Assembly (NCBI GenBank): GCA_051942205.1
Contig: JAVECO010000011.1
Span: 124,001 to 188,000 of the forward strand
From: Coniocarpon cinnabarinum
Taxonomy: Eukaryota
Length of the DNA: 64,000 nucleotides
Direction of reading: 5' to 3'
Shown here: piece after piece, positions 11,595 to 23,328 of the stretch
Layout: the number at the start of each line of letters is the position of its first letter
How positions within the stretch are numbered: the first letter of the stretch is position 1
The notes under the pieces: model-generated
Database searches by the model: none
Seen by the model: the letters and a program-made list of their open reading frames with translations, nothing else
What the model was told of the DNA's origin: nothing
Position numbers and translations under genes: made by a program

Positions 11595-13564
11595 CCTGTT
11601 ACTGATGTCCCAGTGTCAATCGAGCGAGTAGCGATGGTTCTTTGGGTATCAGCGTTCTCCAAGCCCAATGGTGAAGTTGGCCACACTGGTGATTCCTTCA
11701 CAGCGCCTTTCAAGGTGAAGTCTCGACCAGTGTTGGATTCTAATGTACCCGACGCAGCGATACTTGACTGGAGCTTCCATGACGACGAGAATAACTGAGG
11801 CCATGGCACATGATGGCGTGACGATTGCGCCATAGTAGGTAAAGGCAAAGCGGTGTTGCGACATCGGTCGCAACTTCCATAAGTGCGTGAAAAGCGGAGC
11901 AAAAGTGAATAAAAAGAGCCATTGGAAGCTGCGAGGCGCTGTGCTGTTGCTGACGATCTTAGTCAGCCTTTTGTGGGTATCACCCTCGAAACTCTTCTGA
12001 CATTCTAGTTGTCACGCCACGTCTCGCGCTTGCGTTGAAGGGAAAGCAAGGGGTCCCGGACGCTGCTGTCTTCACCTTCGAAGCTCAGTCAACTGCAACC
12101 CTCAATTGTGCTTAAACTCAAATATCGACCGGCGTCGTGATGCTGAGGCTACTGCGATGCAGTGATAGGCCATTCTTCAGGTTGTTTTACGTCTAGGGCT
12201 GTCACAGGGCTTAAGTGTCATCAAGGCCTACACCTACCTGCATGTAACCAGAGCCGCTAATCTGTCGAGTCTTCAAACTCTCAGAGCACAATGTGTCTGT
12301 ACATAGTAATGTAATGTCATGCCATGTCTGGCTCATCACGAACCGGGAAGCAAGAGCCCAAAATCTCACAAAGCGAATGACGATCATGCTTGCTTACCTG
12401 TCGCTCTACTATTCGACGCACATAGGAGGAAACATCGTCCCCATACAAGCGAAGGAGCTTCGGCAACCTGTCTACGTTGTGTATATCCTGCCGGCAACAG
12501 CACTATGTGTGAACGACGGAAGACCCGTGCCTCATCACCTAATGCTGGCAGAGCTTTTTCAATAAAAAATGAGGCTGATTAAAACGTACGATCTCTCCGC
12601 ATTTCCGTCACAAAAATCCTTTTCACAAGATACAAGGCAGGAACCGTCTGTCTTGAACCGTCTGTCTTTGGGCTCTGGCTGTGATCGCGGATTGGTCGGA
12701 GACGGGATCTCATGAGATCACGCAGCTGCAGCTCAGACAACTTGCAAAACTTACCACATAGCTGACAGCGATTGTATGATTAAGCTAAGAAGCAATAGGT
12801 ACATTGCACTACAAGTTAATTAGATCTAGTCAACGGTTTCTCGCTCTCGGCGACTCAGGTTGTGTCATATTTATCCAGAAAGTCCATTTTGCTCGGGCTA
12901 AAGAAAGTTCCGTCAGCGGATACCGAGCCCGCTGTCTTATTGTTCACTTAATATTTCCTGGTTGATGAGCCCCCACACCGAGCGCGAAGGCGGCCCGGCA
13001 ACCGGCTAGTAGGGAAGAGATGGAGCGGATCTTTTGTTCGAGCCGTCTATGAGCTTCGGACATTGGGAGTTTTGATTACGAGCGTTTGTTTCGGTCTGAC
13101 AGCTCGGTAGTCCGAAGCTTTGGAAGTGCTGTGCCTGTCCGCGTATAATGGAAGTTCTCATCGCCGTCTTTAGGAAGGCTCGCTCCCGCGTTGTAGCGTC
13201 AGCCTTTCGGATCGGAGACCATCCATGCTTGCTGTCCGTTTTGGGCACCTGTCCTATATTCGTTATTTTGTCATCGATTCCATTTCAAAGCATAACAAGT
13301 CCGTGTGAAAGATGAGAGGGACGAGATGCAGCTTGCAGGCGATGTCGGGAAGCCAACACGTCATTGCCAGCCACTGGCCTTCTCGTACGGTTCATACTCC
13401 GAACAGCAGGTGGGACATCATCGACCATGACGGAAGCATGAAAGCATTTAAGCAGCGAAACTTCGATTCTTCCTGATGAATGATTGATCTCGCAGGTTTC
13501 TCGTGACACAGCAAAATAATTGTGGTGACCCTAGCCGCTCATCAAAGATCATTCTAAGAATATC

Positions 13565-14508
13565 ATGGCTTCTCATCCGCCCGGCCAATGCTGCACCGTT
13601 GGTGTGAAGCATGAAGGTACACCCAAAGGCGAAATCACAAAAGTTGGCGACTGTATGTGTGCTGCGAGCTGGGTCAGGGTTCTTGGGCATGCCTTCGCTG
13701 ACGTGTCGTGTAGATGAGAGCTACATCAGCTACCCCGAAAATAAAGCAACCGAGAACGCGGTTCTTATTCTCACTGATGTGCTCGGCCACAAGTTCATCA
13801 ACCTCCAGCTGTGAGCTGCTTCTTAGTGACTGCGTGGCAAGCATACGGTCTGACTGCCTGCAGCATAGCTGATCAGTTCGCCGCCAATGGGTACTTTGTG
13901 GTCATGCCCGATCTCTTCTACGGCGATTCTATCCCGGTGGATCGTCCAGAAGGGTTTGATATGAAAGAGTGGCTCAGCCGTCATGGCACTAGCACCGTTG
14001 AGTAGGCTTCTCACCATTCACCGCGAACATTGCAAGAGAGCTGCTCCTAACGTCACAAAGTCCCATTTGCACTTCTGTCATCAAGGCCATGCGTACCAAG
14101 CACGGCGTCAAACACATAGGCAGCACGGGCTACTGTTTTGGCGCCAAGTACGTTGCGCGTTTCATGGGCCAAACCGGACAATCGCACGGCGCCACCATAG
14201 ACGCGGGGTTCATGGCGCATCCCAGCTTCGTCGACAATGACGAGCTGTCGGCGATTAACGGACCATTGTCAATCGCCGCCGCAGAAACAGACCAGATTTT
14301 CCCAGAGGAGAAGCGGCATGAGAGTGAAGGCATCCTGAAGAAGCTCGCGCAGAGCGACAAGAAGCTGGCATACCAAATTAACTTGTACTCCAGCGTTGCA
14401 CATGGCTTTGCAGTAAAAACAGATTTGGCGGATAAGCGGAACCGTTTTGCGAAGGAGCAGGCATTTATCCAAGCTGTGCAATGGTTTGACCATTTCTTGA
14501 AGGCATGA
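13565..14508 (+). CDS. Dienelactone hydrolase family protein (AIM2-like), multi-exon
   Basis: MASHPPGQCC..VKHEGTPKG start, ILTDVLG, ADQFAANGYFVVMPDLF, nucleophile GYCFG, AETDQIF and HGFAV. Introns with GTATGT, GTGAGC and GTAGGC donors. Confidence 0.92.
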
Positions 14509-14643
14509 GCGCTGCATTCGAGGATATGTTGGACCCACTTATGCTAGCGAAATCCAATGTAGTCGAGCATGAACACCACATTGCAACGTGCTGGCTCATG
14601 ACTTGCTCGTCTCATCGTGTTGTCGTGGCTTCGTGAATAGTCT

Positions 14644-15170
14644 TTACTCTTCTTCACTTGCATCCTCTTCGTCGTGCTCTACATCGTCATCGCCTCCTTT
14701 ATCAGTGGCATCGTTACTGCCGTCGTACTGAGGTCTTAGCACCTCTTGCCCTTTGCTCCTCAAAGCCTGTTCGACACCTGGCATAGCTCCCACAAAAGCG
14801 TTGTACTGCTCCAACGTCATCGAGATGCCCTAGTAACGTCAGACTACGATCAAGTCAACCCCAGCCGCTCAATGCGACTCACTTTCTTTCCAGGCAGCAT
14901 CTTGCCATCCTTCTCATACATCTCGCGCACATTGACCATCCACATGCCTTTAAACTCATTGATTGTAACACGCCTCGTGCCCTTCTCGTTCAAGGTCCAG
15001 AAAGGGTTCCCGTCTTCATCAGTGCCAGCGCTGGCACCGTTTGCAGAAACATTTGATGCAGTCTTGAAAGATGAAGCTTTGGTCTTGGAGCGTTTGGATG
15101 GGGGTGACGCGTCGTCTTCAATGAAGGGATCGCTAGTATCGTAGTCGGCAGTGCGCTTTTTGGGCGGCAT
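14644..15170 (-). CDS. SUB1: Transcriptional coactivator PC4/Sub1 (ssDNA-binding), 2 exons (15170-14883, 14829-14644)
   Basis: RRVTINEFKGMWMVNVREMYEKDGKMLPGKK|GISMTLEQY is the PC4 domain across a GTGAGT..TAG intron. Acidic tail, TAA at 14644-14646. Confidence 0.92.
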
Positions 15171-15298
15171 TTTCGTAAGCTTGAAGGTATAGGGTATGTG
15201 CCACGGCTCAAAGCCGAAAGTATGTATAGGTTTTAATGTAAGCACTTGAAGTAAGCGATCAGAGAGCCTTGCGCCTGCTGAGATGCAACAAGAGCTAG

Positions 15299-15318
15299 AC
15301 GCGTAAAAGCAGACGCGT
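15299..15318. promoter_or_regulatory. Two MCB boxes (ACGCGT) upstream of SUB1
   Basis: ACGCGT at 15299-15304 and 15313-15318, about 130-150 bp upstream of the SUB1 ATG. Confidence 0.5.
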
Positions 15319-15616
15319 GACGCATGACTCAATTTGCAGAAAAAGTGATGAAAATCTTGGCATGTCATCGTGACTGAAGATCACGTGATTTCTTTGTTGC
15401 ACGCAAGATAGAGATGGGATCTCTTGGGGGGCTGCATACCTGGCATGGCATTATATGACGCTTTCAGTACTCCTACTGCACATGATATTATACAGACGTG
15501 GTGGCGCATCCTTTCCGTCAAACGTGCGGATCTACACGGACTTCCATTCATTCGTATATGACACCAAGTCAAGCACACCTCAGTGTCGGGCGATCTCTTC
15601 TATGCCACTTTGCCGT

Positions 15617-17703
15617 TTACGCTGGCACGAAGAGACCATTATCTTGTTCCATGTTGTACTGTTTGAGCACATCGGCCAAGCGAGCCGCTTCTTGCGAAAA
15701 GTTGACGGCATTAGCGGCAGAAACCTGATATCGTACTCTGCGTAAAGATTAGCAACACAAATGCCATAAGTTATGTTTTAGATGCCGAAAGTACCTTTGC
15801 TGATCTTGAAACGTATCCATTTTGGCACGACATCTCCACACCCATGTCCTCATCGTCGCTTCGGCGACGGTCTCCTTGTACCGTGCCTCGTCATTGTCTT
15901 TCATTGCAATGAGATCGTTGGCTGTCATGCCAAAAATGAGTCGCCCAACATCATCAAAGCAGCTGAGATAACAACTTCCCGTCCAGTCGCTGACATTGAC
16001 ACTAACAATGTAGCGCCATTCGGGAGCGTCAAAAGCTCGGTCACATCTTTCACAACTCCAGCGGCCAGGATCCGTCTCAATGACTTTCTTGTTGCATCCC
16101 TCGGACTGGCAGGCGGGATAAGCGATCGATCCATCGGCTTTGATGTACACGATCGTGGCTTTGAGTGTGAAGTAGTCTGTTTGCTCAGACATCCCGAGCT
16201 TCTCTTCTTTGACTGCAGCAATGGTCTTGAACTGGTCTTTCCGGCCCCCGCCACCAGTGGTACCAAGCACTGCAGCATGAGAAGTAAAAGACTCTGTGTT
16301 TCCCTGAGCGTCGTACCATCCCTTGAGTCCGTATGCTTCGTCCATCTGAGGGTCGGCTGCCATAGATCCTGACGAAAGCAAGGACAATGACTTGCCGTTG
16401 AAATCCGAGACTTTCAACCCCTTGAACGCAACGACCGACCCTTCCGGAACATCAAACGAGGTCGCGGCAGATCCCCAAACCGTGAGTCGACATTGGTATC
16501 CCGTCTGGTCACAAATGGTGAGATCGCGCTTATCGTAGGGTTTGCCTGTGGTCTTTGAAGTGATTTGCGAGGTTTCCGCAACCTCTTTGAGGACCCCAAT
16601 GGCATCAATCGTGGAGTCCTTTTCAACATTCTCCAGGTCTGACAGTGGAATAAAATTGTACTTCACTTTCGGCGCGGATTCTTGATCCTCGGCCTTCTCA
16701 ACAATGGTGTCGCGTTCGAACGTAAGCTCATAGTCATGAGGTAAGTTGCTGAATTTGCGGTTGGCGATTTTGACTGCACATGGAGAAGACACGTAATAGA
16801 CATTTCCCTCATTAATGACATCGTACAGCTGATCGCACTGATCGTTGAAACCGGTTGCACGAATTTCGCCAGATTCATCGAGGAAGTTGCACGAGAAGAG
16901 TTTGCCTTCACCCGTATTCTTGTGCCAAGTTCTGATGTCGCCCTTGTATGTGCATCTGGCGCGAATTGTCCACTTGTGTGCGTATGGCGATAGAGCCTCG
17001 ATAGGATAAATGTTGCCATGCGTTGAAGATGAACTTCCGTTTGGTCGAGACGACTGGGGTCGCTGTTGTGGTGGCGCTTGAGGTTTGCTGCCATAGAAGT
17101 TGTTTGAATTGATGGCGCCCGGTTGCTTCTGGTCATCCTCCTTCTTGACGCCATTCTCTTCTTTCGCTGCGTTTTCTTCTAGTGCGACGGGCGCTCCAAT
17201 CTTCTCTCGCTCACCCAATTCCTCGAGGACTTCACAGTCCAAAATCACAATGATTCTACACCCGTTAGCTAATTTTGAGGTGCAATCCTTGCAAAGCGAC
17301 TGACTTCTTGCCCTTCACGTCCTGCGCTTGAAAATTGTTGATTCTGACAAAAGAACCCTTTTTGAGCTTATCATTCTGTACCAGTGGGTTCAATGCTGCA
17401 TCAAGTCAGTGGCAGACACCGGGGTATTTCAAAATGCTGGACGGCATACAAGTTCCAAGCATGCTCTGGATGAAGTTGTTGATGTCGCTGAATACGCATC
17501 GATATCGCTCAACATCTGAAGTACTCTTGTTTTGGAGTGGTTTTAGTTGTTTTATCTGAAGACATTGCAGCACTGGTCCTTCCACAGTCTGGTTGAGGTA
17601 GATGCTTCTGGTCGAGGATGTGAGGACTTCGGCACAAATCTAGACGAATATGCACGCACCTGAGAGCTCCAGTTGACACGGCGGACTCCGCGTTGGCAGC
17701 CAT
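15617..17703 (-). CDS. RFA1: Replication protein A 70 kDa subunit, multi-exon
   Basis: IYPIEALSPYAHKWTIRAR, GEGKLFS..LDESGEIRATGF, OB folds, and the C4 Zn finger YPACQSEGCNKKV..WSCERC. The last exon reads RVRYQV..., TAA at 15617-15619. N-terminal exons from ATG 17703. Confidence 0.97.
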
Positions 17704-17770
17704 GACCAAGATTTGTGGCCTTGCGTTTCGTGAAAATGATTCTGGAAGCGAAGATTATTCTCAGATGGAA

Positions 17771-17816
17771 ACGCGGGGCGGAGCAAGGCAGACGCGTCAA
17801 GGGTTCAGTCGCGTCA
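17771..17816. promoter_or_regulatory. MCB box(es) in the RFA1/DLH divergent promoter
   Basis: ACGCGT at 17792-17797, plus near matches ACGCGG (17771) and TCGCGTCA (17809), about 70-110 bp upstream of the RFA1 ATG. RFA1 is a classic MBF target in yeast. Confidence 0.55.
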
Positions 17817-18064
17817 ATGGAGCGCTCTTCTCACTTTTCGTGGCACCTTCTGGAATTCATGCTCTATCTGCTCGTGCCTGAACTTCTATGCGTACTCTGC
17901 ACGCGGCCTCAAGCCATTCTCAAATATGCTCTAGTCACAAGCAACAGACGTGAAGACTCTACACTTTGTGCCCATCTCATTAGTCGTTCAGATATACCGT
18001 ATCTTGGGTCCCTCGATCTGATCTCTAGCACTTGCAGGCACCCCGTAAGCTGCTTCACACAAAT

Positions 18065-19051
18065 ATGGCTGACGACGAGATTGCGACCCGTGCTCCCGAG
18101 TCTGACGCTCGAGTTGAGCCTAGTAGTCTGTCGTCACAAGACACAAAGGCACAGACAGGTTCTGCAATCGGCGAACACTGCGTGACATCCGCACCATTAA
18201 ACACCGCGCAATCACCAAATGGTGATATTACGGAGCTCAATGGCATTCCCACATACATTAGCAAGCCTCCGAGCTATCCCTCCGAACCCTCAAAGCTTCT
18301 CATCCTCCTCACCGGCGGCACTGGTCTCCATTCTCGGAACAATCAACACCAAGCCGATCTTTTTGCCGCGAGAGGCTTTGTAGTAGTAATGCCAGATCAG
18401 TTCAGCGCTGACCCGGCCCCAAACACGGCATTACAGTCACCAACCGTGGCAGAAGCGGCGGCCGATGAAGATGGAGTGAGTGGCATATTAGAGAAAGTGA
18501 AAATGGGTGCAGTAGAGACAGCGAAAAGTTTCCTAATCGATATGTGGCTTGCGAGACAGACTCCAGAGAAGGTGCTCCCCGCAGTCCTGAAAGTTCTTGA
18601 AAGTGCGCGCGAGACATTCGCAGACGCAGTGGCTAATGGTGGCGGTGTGTACGGCGTAGGATACTGTGTCGGAGCGAAATATCTGCTGCGACTACTTGCA
18701 GCACGCACCTCGCAGGACAGTACCAAAGAAGACGAGGAGAAGCTGGCGGCTACAGAGCCCGAGCTAAAATGCGGGGCCATTGCCCACGGCGCTCTGATCA
18801 CCAAAGAAGATTTGCAGATGATCAGAAAGCCTATAGCGATTGTAGGGGTAGCTCAGGACAGTTTATTTCCAGATGATATGCGCGAGCAAGGCAAGGCGGC
18901 ACTCGAGCTGAACTCAATAGAACATGATGTGAGAGTGTTCGAAGGCGTGCCACATGGATTTGCTGTTGTGGGCGACTATGGCGAGGCAGTCATCCAGCAA
19001 AAGCAAGAAGAGGCCTTCTCAATGATGGCATCCTGGCTGGAAACCCACTAG
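18065..19051 (+). CDS. Dienelactone hydrolase family protein (second subtype), single exon
   Basis: EHCVT, LLILLTGGTG..SRNNQHQADLFAARGFVVVMPDQF, nucleophile GYCVG, DSLFP and VPHGFAV. Confidence 0.9.
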   Translation: MADDEIATRAPESDARVEPSSLSSQDTKAQTGSAIGEHCVTSAPLNTAQSPNGDITELNGIPTYISKPPSYPSEPSKLLILLTGGTGLHSRNNQHQADLFAARGFVVVMPDQFSADPAPNTALQSPTVAEAAADEDGVSGILEKVKMGAVETAKSFLIDMWLARQTPEKVLPAVLKVLESARETFADAVANGGGVYGVGYCVGAKYLLRLLAARTSQDSTKEDEEKLAATEPELKCGAIAHGALITKEDLQMIRKPIAIVGVAQDSLFPDDMREQGKAALELNSIEHDVRVFEGVPHGFAVVGDYGEAVIQQKQEEAFSMMASWLETH

Positions 19052-19510
19052 ATTGTAACAACTCCCGTGTGGGTAGTGGCGGTGTCAAAGATTCTATGAG
19101 TGTATGACTAATGCTTGACGGATGCAAAGCAACTACTGGTGACCACGCTCTTACTGGGCGCTGAAGGCGTTTGATCCTGGTAAGCTCTTTGAGTCTGACT
19201 CTGCTTTCGTAGGCTTTTCCGATCAGACTCGCTGGCATTGCACTCGCAGGCGGTCTAGTCTCTCTACATTCCCATGTAATAAACAAGACGTTCACACGAC
19301 GAAGACGACGCGAGGGTTTTGCAAATATGTGCAATGAAGTTTGCAAGTGTTTCAAGCGTCTTCTCGTACTTCTAGGTTGAAGACCAAGTTCTTAGCGTGC
19401 TCTTATGATACAAAGAACCGACTCTCAAGGAGGCTCGTGAATGCAACGGACGCATTGCGCAAAGAGCCACCTGTCTAACCACTCATGACCTTCAAAAACC
19501 AGCCCCGTCA

Positions 19511-20178
19511 TCATGCTGCCGCAGCGCTTGCAGGTTGTTCAACCGTCTCGACTTCGATCTTTGGCATCGATGCGCCCGCGCTTCCCAAGTCGGTCTGCTT
19601 AGCTTTCGGGTGCTTTGTGTAATAATTCGAGATGGCCGACTTGATGGCATCTTCAGCGAGCATGGAGCAATGTACTGTGGTATGGCGTCAGCTCGAATGT
19701 TTCGACCTTACATTATCTCATGTCCGTGATGGAATTACTCACATTTCACTGGTGGCAAACATAGTTCTTTCGCGATCTCTGTATTGCGGATCCTGCCAGC
19801 CTGCTCCAAAGTCATGCCTCTTACCAGCTCCGTCAAATAGCTGCTGCTTGCAATGGCGCTTCCGCAGCCGAAAGTCTTGAATTTTACGTCACTGATTGTT
19901 TGATCGTTTGGGTCGACCTTGATCTGCAGCTTCATCACGTCGCCACAAGCTGGCGCACCAACGAGACCGGTGCCGACATCGGACTCAGTCTTGCCCATGG
20001 AGCCCACATTTCGGGGATTGTTGTAATGGTCAAGGACTTTTTCGTGATAAGACCGTCGAGCTGTCGCGCGGGGAAGTGGAGGTGTTGCGAAGCGGTGGGC
20101 AGCGGCAGGACGAGTAGCAGTGGAGAGGACGCCGCGGGCGGCTTTTGATGTGAGACCTGTCACAGATCGCCGTAACAT
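19511..20178 (-). CDS. ISU1: Mitochondrial Fe-S cluster scaffold IscU/Isu1, 2 exons
   Basis: Arg-rich presequence, YHEKVLDHYNNPRNVG, GAPACGDVMKLQI, FKTFGCGSAIASSS, and LPPVK|LHCSMLAEDAI across a GTGAGT..CAG intron. TGA at 19511-19513. Confidence 0.97.
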
Positions 20179-20267
20179 TTTGATGATGTTGCGACTTTCG
20201 ATTTCGAGGGAATGATGTGAACGGAGAGACTGAATTATGCGTGAGAGACGCTACCTACTCAAACAAG

Positions 20268-20277
20268 ATCACGTGAC
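20268..20277. promoter_or_regulatory. E-box/Cbf1-type site ATCACGTGAC upstream of ISU1
   Basis: RTCACGTG consensus about 90 bp upstream of the ISU1 ATG. Function is inferred only. Confidence 0.3.
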
Positions 20278-23200
20278 GTGACGCAATTGTATGAACTGTG
20301 CTAACGGCCGAGCTCGGATCCGAATTAGATGTTGCAAGCTCACTTGAATCGATGTCATGGATGGACATGCGTCTATGAAACACAGAACTTCTCAGAGGCT
20401 TCAACAACATTCACACAACCTCTGAATGCTCCAGTATCACTCTATATGATCACATGACATGCATTTGCGCGGTAAGCGTCAAGGCATGACGTATGAAGTG
20501 CTGGAGATATGTTAGATGCCGTCGCACAGCGAGCGTTGAGAAGGATACACCAGTCCTTGCATGTCCGTCTATCAAAAGGCGTGTCCATGCGATTCAGCTG
20601 CATATGGTGTGACATGGCAACTGACATTTCTAGGTCACGTGTCAGATGATCAACAATCGATCGAGAATGCTTACTAAGCATCGTACTTCATCGACTGCAG
20701 GACCCGCGCGTTCATCTTCTGTTGTCCTTTGCGACATTATGAGTAAGCTCTATGTATTCAGTCCAGGATCTCTGACTGGCCAATTAGGTCATATGCTAGT
20801 CTTTTAATTGTCGTCTTCAATTTGAAACGTACCTTTACTGCACGGAAGTGATCAGGATGCCGATGAAATCCACACTTTGCAAGACAGGGCCAGTAACAAT
20901 CTGAATGCATTACAGTGCCAGTGATAGCCAATCTGGCCGTTTGGCAACTAATCTCACATGTCTACCGAAGACTCTGTGTACGACGAACGATTCGAATGTA
21001 GACAATGTACGTCGTCAAATACACTGCCACTCAACCGCTATTGCGTCGAAAGAGTTTTCGATTGAGTCGGCTTGTGGGGGAGGCTGACTCATCAGAACAG
21101 CTTGCAGAGCGCGATGAAGGATGTGATATTTTGAATAGCAAGAAATTGCTCAAATTTCAGAGTGAAACGAAATCTTTCGGTACTAGATAACATAGCGTAT
21201 CGCATCTTCATCTTTCTGTGTTTTTACAGCATTCGGCGAGCATTAGGCGAGCACGATGTCGCTCATACTGCATCCGAGTTCACAGAATGAAAGGTTAGGT
21301 CTTCATAGGCCGTAGCAGAGTATAGATGATTCATCCTACACTAAGAGAGTAGTGTCGAGACCAGCACAATTGTTGCGGAAAAACATGCGTGTTGATTGCT
21401 GGCCAAAAGAAGTGAAAGTGATACTACGCGCCCATATTGGCGAGTCGCTTTTTTCTTATTCCTGCGTTCGCATAAACAATTCGCCACAGGCCAGAACGTA
21501 TACGCCCACCCACATTAATTCAACAGTGATGACGAGAATTCGTGAACAAGCTGGTGAGTTTTCTCATTAAGAGAATGCGGGTACACGCAGCACACATGCG
21601 ATGGTGTGTCAATGGCGTCAAGTTCCATCGTTTTGCGCATGACGCGATCATCTCCGGAGTTCTGCCACTCTTTCCTTTGCTCAAAGAATCCTTGCCAGCG
21701 TTTGGCCGCGCCGCGTCTCCACACATATGCACACACTTTATCAAAGCCTATGCGCGTCTGGTCATCTGTCCTCTGAGGGATCTCATGCAGGGCGTATCAA
21801 ATTGATGCCGTTGAATAGCTTCGTCTAAGCGTCATGTTTTCATGAGTGTCACAATGTCCCATTACCGACAACAATAATACAAAGTAAAATCGTGGAGCTG
21901 CAGGTTGGATGATCAAATTTCATCAGTCGCAACAAGTAGTGAATAAGTCAACGCCAGCTTCTAAGCTTCTGTCTGCAAGATCTGGCGCATAAAGTGCGCT
22001 CTTAATTCTGTGCCGATAACACTTGGCGCCACAAGGGCCCACTGAAAGGTCAGGCTTGGTCTGATGTCATGAATTGCTGTGACACGTACGGACATGGGCG
22101 TGGGATGTCGACGGCTACCTGCATTTGCATCGAGGAGTGCATGCAACAACGAGGACAACGTTTGCCCAAACCCTCCCGAGACCCTGTGCCGCGTCCCTTG
22201 CGAGCTGGCTGCGACAGCCGATAGATTGATACCTCCATTCCGGACAGGGTATGTCCCGGCCCGTCCTCTCATTCTCCCCTTTGGACAGGTCTGCATACGT
22301 ACCACGTCAATTAAGCAGACGAGCGCCACGGTCAACTCCTCGAACACACGGCTATGGTTCACTCGTGCGCTCAGCGACCGGTCAAGGAAGTGGCAGGCGC
22401 GGGTCCGCGAGCAGGCTGTTGCGCGCTGGACGCCAGACACTGGACGCTGACAGGAGCAGAAGTGGGCCGTCGGAGGCCATCGGTGGGGAATCGAGATGAG
22501 TGCGCGAGGAGACGCGCCGGTGCTGCGGCCACTGTGGGGGGATTCGTAGGCGCCTTGGATGTCAGGCGCCCCGACGTGTCCCTGCATATCGCCGGGCACA
22601 CGGACACCTCTCCCCCCGCCTGCTGGCCCATGTCCGTATCATGACGTGACGTGCAGGGTGCCGCATTGCCACCGGCAGTGTCCCTGTCCCAGCCACCGTG
22701 ACCCTACCCAGCCGTGATGTGGCCGCTTCTCAAAAGGGATACCTCGCCACCCGCTTGGCCCTCCTGGTCACTTCGCCAACTCCAGCAGCGCGTCAGATGT
22801 TCTTGCCTGCCCTGCTCACGTCGATGCTCTCGATGCGTGCCGATGCTGTCGTTCATGCTGTCGAATTGTGCACGATTGAGCGACTGAAAAATTAGATACA
22901 ATTCACAGCAGTGTCCACATGTAGCCATTGGGAGGACAACATGCTCCCAAGGCCCTCGATCACAGAAGACGCTCCACCGCATGGAGCATTCCAGCCCATC
23001 TTCAGACGCTAGGAAAATTCATCGCTGTCAGTCTTCATATCTCGATTTGTCTTCTCCCCTTGCTGCCGGGACTTGTAGCTCGCCCGTACCCGCCCCAGTT
23101 CCACCTTTTGCGTGTCCTTGTCACCATCGCTTGCACAAACAGCGTGTGCGCCTTCACACTCCACTACAAACGCGCACGCCCTGTCTTGTGCCCTTGGATC

Positions 23201-23328
23201 GCAACTACGCGTCTGGCACGGTTTCACTTGAGAGCAAAGCGCCGTACTTGTGATATTCTGACTCGTTGAGGCCCCGTAGCATAGCTGCCTCGCTTTCCTA
23301 TCCAGATCAAGCCAGCTCAGACTCTACG

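Noticed and set aside
15782..16372. Long antisense ORFs over RFA1 (and similar ones over BUB1, the amidase, the 4CL and the Num1-like gene)
   Set aside because: These are shadow frames of codon-biased real genes, with no independent motifs.
21961..22599. 212-aa minus-strand ORF
   Set aside because: It has a GTG start, lies in a GC-rich tract with open frames on both strands, and has no recognisable motif. Likely spurious.
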